Of a DNA stretch of 64,000 nucleotides, positions 13,801 through 27,643 are shown one piece after another. Positions within the stretch are counted from its first letter, which is position 1, and each line of letters opens with the position of its first letter. The stretch is from Azolla caroliniana (Eukaryota; Plantae; Polypodiophyta), in contig JBHGNT010000003.1 of NCBI GenBank assembly GCA_043228905.1, positions 1,364,001 to 1,428,000 on the forward strand. The letters run 5' to 3'. Under the pieces are notes generated by a model. The model made no database searches, was not told where the DNA came from, and worked only from the letters and a program-made list of their open reading frames with translations. The translations under genes and the position numbers were made by a program.

Positions 13801-14084
13801 GGATCTCTCTCCGGGTACGTTCGTCATCCGGCTCCGTAGCCGGGGTCTTCATCATCCGGATCCGAAACCGGGTCTTCCTCATCCGGTTCCGATACCGGGG
13901 TCTTCATCATCCGGATCCGAAACCGGGTCTTCGTCATCCGGCTCCGTAGCCGGGGTCTTCATCATCCGGATCCGAAACCGGGTCTTCCTCATCCGGTTCC
14001 GATACCGGGTACTCCTCATTCGGGTCTTCATTCCCGATTCCTGGACATCTGACCATCCCATCCGGAGGGACCATAATCCCAACA
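10809..14084 (-). mobile_element. Ty1/copia (Tnt1-like) element E, internally deleted, in the 5' LTR of C
   Basis: 5-bp TSD ACTTC. 5' LTR 13339-14084; tRNA-iMet PBS TGGTATCAGAGC (13324-13335); gag, WVVDSGAS protease, GAG-pre-integrase, integrase (KLDPKTRPCIFLGY) and RT start. Only ~105 bp of the 3' LTR remain. Confidence 0.93.
13815..14035. repeat. CCGG-rich short tandem repeats inside copia LTRs (also ~16925-17080, 24530-24765, 29400-29560)
   Basis: Repeated CCGGGTCTTC(C/A)TCATCCGG units and ~39-bp CCGGGTACTC..CATCCGGTTCTCACCGGGTCTTCCGTAG units. Confidence 0.85.
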
Positions 14085-14282
14085 ACTTCCTACCTACCGA
14101 ATCTACCTACCTAGGATTTCCCATGTCCCTAATTCTTTCCTATGTACAACACAAGGCGTACGTGCATGAAGAGCCGGTTCCTATGCTCCGGTGCACCGAT
14201 TCCGCTTGTGGACGGTTTTCTTCACGACAATGTTTTTATCTCTTTAGTCGATATCATTCGTGTTTTTCTCTCTCCGTCTTTT

Positions 14283-14909
14283 TGTGTTTGTGTCTTCCTT
14301 GTACGTTCGGCCGTCTTGTGACGAGGGACAGTTTCGGGCTTGCCCATGCACCTCTCCTCCTCATAAAGGCGTACGAGCATTTTGTGCGTGTGTTTGTGTC
14401 TTCCTTGTACGTTCGGCCGTCTTGGGACGAGGGACCGTTCAGGCTTGCCCATGCACCTCTCCTCCTCATAAAGGCGTACAAGCATTTGTGTGTGTGTTTG
14501 TGTCTTCCTTGTACGTTCGGTCGTCTTGTGACGAGGGAGCGTTTCGGGCATGCGCATGCACCTCTCCTCCTCATAAAGACATACGAGCCTTTTGTGTGTG
14601 TGTTTGTGTCTTCCTTGTACGTTCGGCCGTCTGGTGACGAGGAACCGTTCAGGCTTGCCCGTGCACCTCTCCTCCTCATAAAGGCGTACGAGCATTTGTG
14701 TGTGTGTTTGTGTCTTCCTTGTACGTTCGGCCGTCTCGTGACGAGGGAGTATACAGGCTTGCCGATGCACTTCTCCTCCTCATAAAGGCATACGAGCATT
14801 TTGTGTGTGTGTTTGTGTCTTTCTTGTACGTTTGGTTGTCTTGTGACGAGGGAGTGTTTCGGGCGTGCCCATGCACCTCTCCTCCTCATAAAGGCATACG
14901 AGCATTTGT
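14283..14909 (+). repeat. ~105-bp tandem array (6 units) in the 5' LTR of B
   Basis: GTACGTT core at 14301, 14407, 14511, 14617, 14721 and 14826. Confidence 0.95.
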
Positions 14910-14913
14910 ACGT

Positions 14914-17900
14914 TGTCGTGAAGAAAACCGTCCACGAGCGGAATCGGTGCGCCGGAGCATAGGAACCGGCTCTCCATGCGCGTACGCCTTATGGTGTACA
15001 TAAGAAAGAATTAGGGTCATGCACGATCCTAGGTAGGTAGAGTCGGTAGGTAGGAAGTTAATAGGAAACGGCTCCTTCTGTCTATAAAAGGAGGGAGACG
15101 AGGAGGGGAAAAGGGATCACGGAATCAGGGAGGACGAAGTGCTGTCAGATTGTGGGCCGGAGGCTTCTCTCTCTTCGATACTCCATAGCTTCTTGCTGTG
15201 CAGGTTTCGTGAGGCTCGCGCTGCTCTGAGGAATGCCCGAGTGCTTCCGGGAGAACCTCCAACCTACTCTTTCCTTTCTGTGCGTTTACGAATAGGCATC
15301 GGCATCTGTTCGCCGGCCTGTTCGGTTGTAACCGACTTCGTGTCTTGTTGTTTGTCTTTGTTAATACATACATACATTCGTGTCTCTCTGTGTCGCTGTC
15401 CCACTTGCGTCTTTGTGTCGAGGGCCGTGTCCCTGTGAATCTACGCTCGCACGCAGTGGGTCTCTTCTCCTTTCTCTCTTGCTCTTCGGTACAGGACCCC
15501 CGAGGTCCTGCCTCATTCCACGCATTCGCGAGGAGTACCTCGACATCTTGGTGAACCCGACGTGAAGGAGGCGGCAGAAGAGCAGAAGATGAAAGGGTCG
15601 GATCTTGCGGAGGCCATGGCTTCGGCCGTGGATCGGATATTGAACGCACACGAGGGCTCCAGAGCCCTCGACAGAGCCATTGAGGCGATCGTCGGTACGA
15701 TCGGCCGGTTCAGCGGAAAGGATGCCACGAAGTATTTGGCGTCCTACGGGGCAGAAATGCTGATGCGGGACATTCCGGAAGAGAGGCGTCTTGCCGGGTT
15801 CCCTCGAGTGGCGATGCCGAGCATCCATGCGGAGGTGCTCGAGGTATGGGCGGAGAGCCGTACCTGGGAGGAGTTCGAAGGCCGACTCCTAGAAATATAC
15901 GGGCTGGACGACGTGCTCCGGCTTTCGAAACGGGACTTCATGGAATGGGTGGAGTCCCCCGGCAAGGGAAGAAACACGTCGGCACTCCTCCGGGAGTTTG
16001 AGGAATGCTTTGCGCGCCTTTCGGCGCTTGACCGAACCGTTCTAGATACGAGCCGGGTCCTACTATTCGTCAAGTCGGTGGACGAGCGGGACCGGGATCA
16101 AGTCGGCTCCTTGCTAGAAACCGAAGACGGGCTGACGACCGACTGGGCTGCGGTTAAGAGAGTCTGTGGCTGTTTCGACAAACGGCGAGAATGGGCTGAC
16201 AACGGGGCGACTGGAGCGGGCTCTGTCACAGCAAGGAGGCTTGAACCGGCACCACAAGGGCGAAGGGAAGAGACCCGGGAGTACCTCGAAACCGGTTCGG
16301 CTTCGACCGGCATGGTCAATGGCTCATCCGGAGGAGCAGCGCTGAAGGAGTTGACGCGGGCGATAAAGGATCTCCAGATCGCCCAGACTCGAAGGGAAGG
16401 CGGCGAACCGGCTCGTGACCGACGGCCGGCAGCAGGGAACAGGTGCATGTGGTGCGACGAGGTCGGCCACATCCGGAAGTGTTGAGAACTCGACGTTCCT
16501 TATGTCCGACGCTCGGCCACAACCGAGATTCTTTTCATACACAGAAAACAGGTAATGAAACGCGACACAAAAGAAAAAAAGAAGAGGAGAAATGGTACAC
16601 AGGAGGTATACGTGGAAAACACCAAAATAGGGGGAAAAACCACGGCAGCCCACGAGCTGCAAACTGTCACTATGCAGAAATATACAACAGTGAGATCACT
16701 GAGGCAACGACCTCGTGTTCTTAGATCTTCGCCACAGGCGGCGGTTACAACAGAGGCAACGACCTCGTCTCTCTCTCTCTGTACAGTTACGCGCTCTAAT
16801 ATCTACTTGCACCAACAAGAAAGAATAACAACGAGAATGACAACGGTAACTAAAAGTTTGCCCTAAGTCATATTTATACTAATATGACTTTTCGGCTATT
16901 TACAAATGTAGCCTCGATGGGCTCCATCCGGCTCTCCGCAGTCGGGTACTCCTCATCCGGTTCATACCGGGCCTACACCATCCGACTCTCCGCAGTCGGG
17001 TACTCCTCATCCGGTTCATACCGGGCCTACACCATCCGACTCTCCGAAGTAGGGTTCTCCCCATCCGGTTCATACCGTTTCAGCCTCGGCCTGTCGGCCT
17101 TGGCCGAGTTTGTACGTCGGCACTGTTCTTCTCCCTTCCCATCCAGAGGGACCTGTCTTCCAACAAGAAGGACTGCGGTGATTTCGCAGAAGCGTTGAGG
17201 AACCGGGTGGTGTACCTGTGGGAAGGCCGGGTGCACGTCGGCGACACCAGAAGGGCCCTAAACCGAAACGACGAGTGAGGAGGTATGAAGAGACTGATGG
17301 AAGAGGCAGCGGCCCGACACGTGGAGGCCATCCACTACTCGGCGTCGGCAGGCATTCGGGTCGGGGGCAGCGAGGCCTGAAAGGAGGGCAAAGACGGATT
17401 CTGGTCGGCAATGCTGGAAGGCCTCGCCAGCGCACGGCTAAGGAAAGATGAAACGGACCGCGCTGAGAGACAGGTCAGGGAAATAACCGGGTGGAGCGAC
17501 CCGGTCGAGGAGAAGACGGGCTTCGTAGAAGCCGCCTGCCGGAACTACGAGGCTCTGGTAGAAGACAAACGAGTGGGGAAAGCCGGAGCGGCTGGGCCCT
17601 CACAACGATACGAGACCCGATTCGGGCAACGACGGAACGATGCCGGTGGGTCCAGCGCGCAGGATAACCCCAGGAAGGGCGAATACCGACTGGGGACGGA
17701 AATAGAAAGGGCCACGGACCTATGAAAGGTCCTAGAAGAACGGATCCTCGACAGCAAAGTGGAGCTGTCATTGCGGGAGGTGCTAGGGATCGCCAAGAAG
17801 GAGTTCCAGGACTCCATTGTGGACTTGGTGAAACGGAAGAGGCTGTCAACGGAGACGGAACCGGAAAGACCGGTTGCGGACGACGCACATCGACGACTTG

Positions 17901-19495
17901 GTGCTGGAAGATGAGTGGGCGGAGAGCCACTATTCGAGGCCACACTGGGCCCGAGCGACCACGGAGACCCCGGTAAAGATCGGAGATGTTCAGGAACTGG
18001 TGGACCACGGTTCGGAAATAAACCTGATGTCCATGGACTTCTATAAGAAGGGAAAGTGGCCGATCAACACCAAGCACGGGTGGAAGATACGGGCGGCGAC
18101 GCGCGCCACCGAGGAACTGCACGAGGCCTGCCCGAACGTGCGAGTCAAGATCGGCGATGTCGAGACTGACCAACACTTCTTCGTACAGGAGACGTCCTCG
18201 CACCCGGTCATATTAGGGGAACCATACATCACGGCGGCGCGAATGGAGACCAAGGTGCTGGACAACGGTTCGGCCTACGCGAGGGTCAAAAGCTAGGACG
18301 AGCGCCATTCGGTCCAATTTCTGACGATGCGGCCGAACCACGAGCGAAACCGCGAATCCCTCAGTGGCGAGAACCGGGAGGTTTTTTAGAGAGGGCTGCC
18401 AAGGCGTGGGGCCGAGACAGCCCAGACACTCGAGAAAGACCCCACAACTGTACGATAGAACAGAAACTGAAGGAACCCTATACGATACGTAGGAAGTTTT
18501 GCTTCTCCAAAAATAGAGGGTGTATGATAGTCGGCATCGTTGGCCGAGAAAAGACAAGGGCGGAAGTGCGACTTCGAGCGTGCGGAGTTCTCGGCCCGGA
18601 CGAGGAAATCAGCGGAGCCGTGGAGGCGGTCTCCTTCGACGACACCTTGGGAATGCTGAGGAAGGTAGCCGGAGAAGACCTTAACGAAGACCGGACGATA
18701 CCGGTATGTTCCGAAGAGATGTACGAAGTCATCGCGAACTTCAGTCGGGGACTCGGGTCGGATCGGACGGCCCGAGTTAGCACGAAGTACAAGACTGTGG
18801 ACTGGAAGATAAGGCCAGTCGCCGCACCCTTACCGGAGGGCAGCGAGTCCCGGATCAGAGGGGTTGCGTCGGACCCCAGTTTGCGAGATCCGGTCTGCAT
18901 AGGACACACCTTCACCGACGGAACGCTCCGGGAGCTCAAAATCGGTGGGGGCGGGTTCCTACTGCCGGCGGAGGAAGACCGGTTTCGGAGGATGCTCGGA
19001 AGGCACGGGAAAGCCTTCGCATTCTCACCGGAAGAGATCGGGTGCGTAGACCCGACAATCGTGGAGCCGATGGTGATATTCACGGTACCGCATGTACCGT
19101 GGAATCTCAAGCCGATTCCGGTACCGAGAGCTCACATCCCGAAGTTGATGGAGCTATTGAGGCAGGAAGTCGATATGGGCATTCTCGAACCGTCAAGTGC
19201 CCCATACTCGAACCGATGGTTTACCATACCAAAGAAAAACGGAACATTGCGCTTCATTCAAGACCTGCAGCCGGTCAACAGAGTGACCATTCGGAACGCA
19301 GGAATCGGACCGACCATAGACGAGTTCGCGGAGGCCTTCGCCGGAAGGTCGATTTATTCGGTCGGTGATCTATACTCGGGGTACGACCAGTTCCAGCTAG
19401 CCGTGGAGAGCAGGGACATTACGACGATGCGAACTCCCCTCGGCCTAGTGCGAATGTGTACCCTGCCACAAGGAGGGACCAACTCGGTGGCCCAC
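14914..19495 (+). mobile_element. Ty3/gypsy element F (same family as C), 3'-truncated
   Basis: 5' LTR 14914-15545 preceded by ACGT; PBS; gag-pro to 18389; RT up to NSVAH, where it is fused to the gag-pro of B. Confidence 0.9.
16480..17165 (-). mobile_element. Solo copia LTR (D-like) in gag of F
   Basis: TG..CA ends, TSD GGAAG/AGAAG, similar to 28905-29630. Splits the knuckle GHIRK|DC. Confidence 0.88.
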
Positions 19496-22400
19496 GAGGT
19501 CATCATCGACCTAATGAAGAAGAAGCGGCTCTCAACGGAGCAAGAAGTGGCAAAGCCCGCAATTGTAAATGCATTGTCAACTGAGGTTCCCGAGGAAGAC
19601 GAAGACTATGCGGATAGTCACTACACGAGGCCGCATTGGGCGAGAGCGACAACGGAAACACCGGTACGGGTCGGAGATGTAAAAGAGCTAGTTGTAGCAT
19701 TGATCGACCATGGCTCTGAGATCAACCTTATGTCCATGGATTTTTATAAAAAGGGAAAGTGGCCGATCAACACGAAGCATGGGTGGAAGATTAGAGCGGC
19801 AACCCGAGCAACCAAGGAGCTATGCAGGGCTTGCCTGAATGTACGTGTGAAGGTGGGGGACGTAGAAATAGATCAACATTTCTTTGTTCAAGAGACGTCC
19901 TCGCACCCAGTCATCTTGGGTGAACCATACATCACGGCGGCTCGCATGGAGACGAAAGTGCTAGACAACGGGTTGGCATATGCGAGGGTCAAGAGCCAAG
20001 ATGGGAAGCATTCGGTCCAATTCCTTACAGTGAGGCCCAACCATGAGCGCAATCGAGCCTCCCTCAAAGGGGAAGCTGAGAGGATTTTTTATTCGGGCTA
20101 TTAAAGAGTGGGGCCGCAATAGCCCAAGGCAAACTAAGACCCTAAACCCTTGTAAAACTATTAAATGTAATAGGAAACAATTTTGGTTCTCCGAAAATGG
20201 ATCTTGTAAAATTACTAGTTTAAGTGATAGAGATAAGTCTAGAACCAAGAGATATGAAAGGTATCTCAAACAATGTAATTTATTGGGGGAAGATGACACC
20301 ATAAGCGGCGCCATGCAAGCAGTCTCGTTCGACGACACTCTCAAAGAGATGGAGAGGGTAGTTGTTTCAGGCCTCAATGAAGACAAGGAAATTCCAGTCA
20401 ACTCAGTTTACATGTACACCGCCATCGAAGAGCTTGGGCGGTTGATTGAGGAAGTGAGGGCGGTCAAGGTGCAAACAAAGTACAAGACCGTGGACAAGAA
20501 GGTGAAGCTTGTGGCTGCCCCATTGCCTAACAATAGTTGGGATCGGATAAAGGGGGTAGCGGCTGATCCTAGCTTGCGGGACCCACGAGGCATAGGGCAC
20601 CGGTTCACCGATGAGACGCGACAGAAGCTCCGGATTGGTGGAGATGGCTTCCTATTGCCTAGGGAGGAGGATAGATTTAAAAGGATGATCGAAAGCCATG
20701 GAAGGGCTTTCGCCTTCTCGTCGGGTGAGATAGGGTTTGTAAACCCTAAGATCGTGGAGCCAATGGTGATCTTTACGGTGCCGCATGTACCGTGGAACAT
20801 CAAGTCAATCCCCGTTTCGAGAGCTCACATCCCGAAGTTGATTGAGCTACTCAAGGAAAAGATCGAGATGGGTATCCTTGAGCCATCAAGCGCCCCATAC
20901 TTGAATCAATGGTTCACTGTGCCAAAGAAGAATGGCACATTACGCTTCATCCAGGACCTACAACTTGTTAATCAAGTGACAATTCGAAATGTCGGGGTCA
21001 GACCGAGCGTTGACGAATTCGCCGAGGCCTTCGCTGGAAGGTCTATTTATTCAATCGGTGATCTATACTCGGGGTATGATCAATTCCAACTAGCTGTGGA
21101 GAGTAGGGACATCACAACGATGTGGACCCCTATCGGCCTAGTGTGAATGTGTACCTTGCCACAAGGAGGTACTAACTCTGTAGCCCACATGGTAAATGCA
21201 ATGAACAAGGTATTGAGAGATTGCATCCCTGACATCACCATGTCGTTCCTCGATGACATCCCCATAAAAGGGTGCTTTGAAGCGGAGAAAGATGAAACCT
21301 TGGACGAGGATGGGTGCAGACGTTTTGTGGCATATCACATCTCCGATTGCGAGAAGGTTCTACAAAGACTCGAAGATGCACACTTGACCTTCTCGGGTGA
21401 GAAATCAGCATTCGGCCAACCGGAAATCCTTTTGGTGGGACACTTGTGCGGGGCGTACAGACGGAAGCCGTCCTCGGCAAAGGTGGAAGCCATCATAGAC
21501 ATGAGGGAAGAATGTAAATCGCAAATAGAGGTGAGGCGATTTCTTGGTGCCTGTGCATTCTACCTCATTTTGATCCCGCACTATGCTCACCTAGCCGAGC
21601 CCTTGTATGGGCTACTCAAGAAGGGGCGGAAGTTCAAGTGGGAGGAAGAGCACACAGATGCAATGAAGAGGCTCAAAGGAATGTTGGTAGCAGCACCAAC
21701 TTTACGAAAAGCCATATACAAGGAAGGGGTGCCCATCTACGTGACGGTAGATATGAGTCCAACAAGGATCGGATGGGTCATAAACCAAGAAGGAGAGGAT
21801 GGTACATGCTACGCCATCCGGTTTGAAGCCAAGGTCTTAAGCAAGAGACAACGAGGATGCGCCCAAGTAAAACGTGAGCTTTGGAGTAAGGTGTTCGCGG
21901 TAAAGGAGGATAAAGATTACCTAATCGGGTCAGAGGTGGTAATAGAGACAGATTGCCTTCCAATCCTAGGGATGGTTTCGGGGTGTGCAACACTTGACCT
22001 AGCTATGCTAAGATGGATTGCTTACATCAAATCAATGAACCCGGAGCTTCACCACATTTTAGGGAAGAACAATGCCATGGCAGATATGCTATCGAGGGCA
22101 AGGTTCGAGGGCAAAAGTGACATGGTGTCTAAAGATGAGGATGTTGCTCTTGACTTCTTTAAGATGGCCCAAGCGTCTATAGATGATCGTGATGTGCGAG
22201 TGCTCCACGCCTTCAACGAAAGTGAATACGAAGGGGAGTGGCTACACATGGGCAAGTTCTTAAGCTCAATGACAGTGGATAGTTCATGGTCGAAGCAGGA
22301 AGAACAGAGAGTCCGAAAGAAAGCGTACAAGTACTTCCTACGAGGGGGATTCCTCTGGAGGCACCCGAAGAGAAGGACGAGGACACCACAATGAGTGGTC

Positions 22401-23493
22401 CTAAAGGAAGAATACCAGACAACATTGGTATCTGAGTTCCACGAGAGTACTTGGGCGGGCCATAGAGGAACGTGGGCAACATTTAAGAAGTTAAAGGAGA
22501 AGTATTGGTAGCTGGGAATGTACAAGGATGTCGCCCATTTCGTGGGGACGTGTGAAAGCTGCCAGATGCACTCCAACATACGCCATAGGGACGAGTTGCA
22601 CCCGACCTACCCACTCACCATACACTTCAAATGGATGGTGGAATTGGTTTCGATACCGATGGGAGTGGGCCAAATGAAATATTTGGTGCTAGCAAGAGAA
22701 GACCTAAAAAACCAAGTAGAAGGGCGAGCCTTAGCAAACAAAATGACGGGGGGGTGTGTGTAAATTCTTACTGGAGGATGTCATCTGCCGGTACAGATGT
22801 GTGGGAGAGATAGTTGCCGACAAAGGAGAGTTGAACGCCCATGAAGCTACAGAGCTCTTTGACCGACTTGGAGTGAAGCTCTCTCTCACGACCGCTTATA
22901 ACCCGGAGGCTAATGGAAAGATAGAACGCGGACACGGGCCTATCGTAAAAGCCATTGTAAGAGCTTGTGATGGGCGAATCGGGAATTGGCCTCAGTTACT
23001 ACCTTATGCCTTGTGGGCCAACAAAACAACTCATAGCTCAGTTACAGGTTTCATGCCAGCCGAACTCATGTTCGGACAAAAGCCAGTGATGCCCATTGAA
23101 GACACGATCGCTTCATGGGTAGCGATGTCGTGGGAAAACGAGATGAGTCGAGAAGAGCTTCTAGCCACAAGGATAAGGCAACTTGAGAGAAGACCCAAAG
23201 ACTTGGAGTTGGCAAAGGAGAGGTTAGAAGCGGCTAGGCTAAGTAACAAAGCCCGATTGGACAAGACACACCAACTACGCCCTCGGAAGATCAAAGAAGG
23301 AGACTGGGTGATTGTATATGATAGTAGTCTCGACAATCAACATAGCTTGATGTGGATATTCACAAAGCGATGGTTCGGGCCGTACGTAGTAACGAGTGCA
23401 AATGATAATGCTACCTACCACCTCGCTGAACTCGATGGGACTAAGCTGGCAGTACCAATAGCGGGGAAGCGGGTCAAAATCTTCAAAAAGTGA
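19496..23493 (+). pseudogene. pol: protease and pol of element B, disrupted
   Basis: LIDHGSEINLMS, LPQG, FLDD, RNaseH and integrase GPY motifs, with stops and frameshifts. Confidence 0.9.
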
Positions 23494-24774
23494 CACGACA
23501 GGGAACTAGACCTCGATGACCTTGACAAAGATAAAGGCGAGCAAACAACAAGCAACAGGGTCAATGAGGAGGAAATGAACTATTGACCACCCTCAGCCCG
23601 CCATTCTTGGCACATACTAGAGGATGTGCGGTTTGGTGGGGGTGGATGTCGTGATGTGGTGTGCTCGAGAGTGGGAAAAACCGGCGAAAAGGGGGGGTCA
23701 AAAATGTGCATATGCAATGTGTGTGCACACAAAAGCGATTAGTTGTGCATATGCAAAATAAAAGGGAAAAGAAAGGGTGGAAAGGATGCATAGAAGCCCG
23801 TGCAAAAAGTAAGAGAGAAGAGAGATAAAATGTAGAGGAGAGATAGGCTAAGAATTTATAGAGATAAAATTATATATTGCATAAGAGAGAGTTAGTGGGC
23901 TAGTGAATAGTCACATTGACTACTATCTACAGGTGCATGGTTCAAATCTAATCTTACAGTGAAGCGTCATTTAAGGAATTTTATTCCTTTTTCATTGAAG
24001 ACAAAATTGGCGAACCCCCCTTCTTTTTTTCCTATAAAATGACAAGAACTACACGCTCCGATGAACAACGCTCAGTCACAACCGAGCTTAGAATCAAAAC
24101 ACAGAAAAACGGGGAATGAATGCACGACACAAAAGGAGAGAAGAGTACACAGGATGTTTAACGTGGAAAACCCTACGAGGGAAAAACCACGGGAGTCCAC
24201 AGACTCCAAACTATCACTATATCACAATGATTACAACAGTGAGCTCACAGAGGCAGCGACCTCGCGCTCACGATCTTCACCACAGGCAGCGGTTACAACA
24301 GAGGCCATGACCTCTTCCTCTCTCTCTCTCTCTCTCTGTACACTGTTACGCGCTCTCTAGTCTTGCACCAACAAGAATGACAACATATATAAAAGAGTTT
24401 GCCCTAAGTCATATTTATACTAATATGACTTTTCGGCTATTAACAAATATAGCCCCGATGGACTCTCAAGAAACATATTTATGAATATGTCCCTTCATCT
24501 GGTGAGCACTTCTGACCGGGCCTTCACCATCCGGCTCTTGCCAGGTACTCCTCATCCGGTTCTCACTGGGTCTTCTGTAGCTAGGTACTCTTCATCCGGT
24601 TCTCACCGGATCTTTCGTAGCCAGGTACTCCTCATCCGATTCTCACCGGGTCTTCCGTAGCCGGGTACTCTTCATCTGGTTCTCACCGGGTCTTCCGTAG
24701 CCGGGTACTCTCCATCCGGTTCTCACCGGGTCTTCTGTAGCCGGGTACTCTCCATCCGGTTCTCACGTCCCCTC

Positions 24775-25382
24775 TGATGGAAATAAATCGACACTTTCCA
24801 AACTTCACCTCTCGGCCACAACCAAGGAAACACACGAATCGTTGTTGCAGAAAATGGGAAATGCAAAAGTAAATAAGTGGACACAGGATTTAACGTGGAA
24901 AACCCTATACGGGAAAAAAACCACGGGAGTACAAGACTCCGAACCAAAACTATGCACAGAGAAGTATACAATGGCGAGCTGCAAGGCGACGACCTTGAGC
25001 TCGCTGTCCTCGCCACAGGCGGCGGAAATACACAGAGGCGTCGACCTCTTCCTCTCTCTCTCGCTCTATCTCTCTCACGGCTGCTCTCTCTTCACTCCTC
25101 TTAAGTGGAAAAACAGAAAAATGAGTAGCAACGTCAAAACTGTTTGCCCTAAGTCATATTTATACACATATGACTTTAGGGCTATTTACAACTATAGCCT
25201 CAAGGGCCCTTGGCAAACATATTCACAGATATGTCCCCGCATCCGGATCTCTCTCCGGGTACATTCGTCGTCCGGCTCCGAAGTCGGGGTCTTCATCATC
25301 CGGTTCCGAAACCGCAACCGGGCTTGTCGGCATTCATCTCCGACATCCGACCATCCCATCCGAAGGGACCGTAATCCCAACA
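24775..25382 (-). mobile_element. Solo copia LTR (E-like) inside D
   Basis: TG..CA ends, perfect TSD CCCTC, similar to 13339-14084. Confidence 0.9.
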
Positions 25383-27536
25383 CCCTCGAGGTCCATGCTT
25401 GCCGCTATACTCAGCACCGTCCGGATGGAGGTCATCTTTACTACCGGGGCAGATATCTCATCGAAGTCCACGCCCTTCTTCTGCTGGAACCCTTTCACCA
25501 CGATCTTGGCTTTGTATCTCGGGGGGTTGCCGGCATCTCCCAGTTTCAACTTGTACACCCACTTATTTCGGAGTGCCCGCTTTCCTTTCGACAACTCCAC
25601 CAATTCGTATTTATGGTTCTCATGCAGGGAATCCATCTCATCTTGCATGGCACTTAACCATTTGCAGTTGTGGGTGTCATCCTTCGCTTCTTTGAAGCTT
25701 TTTGGCTCCCCCTCATCGGTTAGCAGCACATGCTCTGCATCCGGAAATCTCCGAGGGGGCCTTCTCTCTCTAAGAGGATATCTCCGTCTCTGGGCTTCAG
25801 TAACCGGCTCCTCCATTTTCTCTTCATCCGAATCCGATTGGGGGTCTTGGCCGGTTCCGGGTTCAACTTCCTCTACTTCTTCTTTTGCCGGTTCGGTATC
25901 CTCACCGTGACCGGCTGGTTCCTCGAGTGTTAACCGGTCTCTTGCCGGTTGGGTCTGCTCATCGTAGAATTGATCCTTACCGGTCGACTCAGAGTTCATT
26001 ATCTTCTTCTCCGACTCCCAGTCGGCGAGCGTCTTCTCCTCCATGAAGATAATATCTCGACTCTGGAATACCTTCTTGTCGACCAGGTCCCACACTCGGT
26101 AGCCGAACTCATCGTCGCCGTAACCGAGGAATATGCATGGCCGGGTCTTTGGATCCAACTTTCCTCTCTGGTCCTTAGCTACATGCACATACGCAAGACA
26201 CCCGAATACCTTCAGATGCCGGTAGGATACTTCCTTACCGGTCCATACTCTCTGTGGCGTGTCTCCGTCCAAGGGTAATAAGGGTGATCTGTTTATCACA
26301 TATGTCGCCGTCGATAGTGCCTCAGCCCAAAACTTCTTGGGTAGTTTTGCATGCGCCAGCATACCCCGGACCCTCTCCATTATGGTCCAGTTCATCCTCT
26401 CGGCCAGCCCGTTTAGTTCTAGCGTCTTCGGCACGGTAAATTCGAGCCGGATTCCCTTCGAGCGACAGTACTCCTCGAACTGCCCCCCGATATTCACCTC
26501 CGTTATCTACTCGAACCGCCTTCAGCTTCCAGTCGGTTTCTCTTTCCACTCTCGCGTGGAGTTCTTTGAAGACGGATAACACCTGATCCTTCGTCTTCAA
26601 TGGTGTGGCCCACAACTTCCGGTTGTGGTCATCTATAAACGTCATGAAGTACTGCGATCCTGCATGTGACTTCGTGTCCACTTGATACACATCAATATGC
26701 ACCAACTCCAGTGGTGCATTACGTCTCATCGGTGGCCTTGGTCGGAAGGAGGTCCGGTTTTGCTTACCAGCCAGACAATCAGTGCACTTCTCCAAGTGCA
26801 CGTTCTTCACTGGAATGAGGTTGTCGTATGCAAGCCTCTTCATCCCCTTCTCGGTCATGTGACACAACCTTTTGTGCCACAGCTCACCGGCAGTGTCGGA
26901 TGCCACATTCACTTCCTCCGAACATAACTGGGCATTCATCAGGTACAACGTGTTGACCTTCCGGGCCCGAGCCACAATCAGGCTTCCTTTGCTGAACTTC
27001 ATAACACCATTCCAGATGCTACCCGTGTAGCCTTCATCATCTAGCCGATCGGCTGATATTAGGTTCAGACGAACCTCCGGAACGTGTCGGAAATCCTTCA
27101 GCAGCAGCTTCCATCCGGTTGGTGTTGTCAGCCACAATTCGGCATGTACCTTCATTCCCCATCCGGACACAACCGTGATCACCAGCTGAGTAGGATGAGA
27201 AGCATTTCCGGTCCGGGGTAAGGTGGAACGACGCTCCGGAGTTGACCACCCAGGTCATCTCGTCGCCGGCAAGGTTTAGCACACTCTCCTCGGTTGATGA
27301 GCACCAACTCTTCTTCACTTGCCGCGATTGCCGTTGTTCATTTCCAGTCCGGCCCCCTCTGGTCTTTACCGCTCCGGTCCAGTGTCCGCTTCGAATTGGT
27401 ACCGTCGGTTTCCTTGTCTTTACGGAAATGCCGACAGTTCTTCTGGAAGTGTCTCGGCTTGCCGCAATAGAAGCTAGTAGGCCTCCCCCTTGACTTTGAC
27501 CGTGTCCCCGACTTTTCTTGGTTCTGGGGACTACGG

Positions 27537-27612
27537 TGTCGCGTTGCTACGCGCGTGCGTGGAGAAGGGCGGGACCACGGGGGTCTTGGACTAAGGAGTA
27601 GAGGAGAAGAGG

Positions 27613-27643
<31 letters not shown>

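Larger units (their letters stand above)
4649..14229 (-). mobile_element. Ty3/gypsy element C nested in the 5' LTR of B
   Basis: LTRs at 4649-5284 and 10313-14229 (the latter split by E), with TG..CA ends. 4-bp TSD ACGT/ATGT confirmed against the empty site at 30064 in the B 3' LTR. PBS and PPT present. Confidence 0.93.

Noticed and set aside
14300-14400. Hammerhead ribozyme in the repeat (minus strand GGGCAAGCCC-GAAAC)
   Set aside because: The required CUGANGA core is absent upstream of the stem.
14222-15003. Repetitive ORFs and CRISPR-like appearance of the 105-bp array
   Set aside because: Units are contiguous with no unique spacers, there are no cas genes, the context is eukaryotic, and the ORFs are translations of the repeat.
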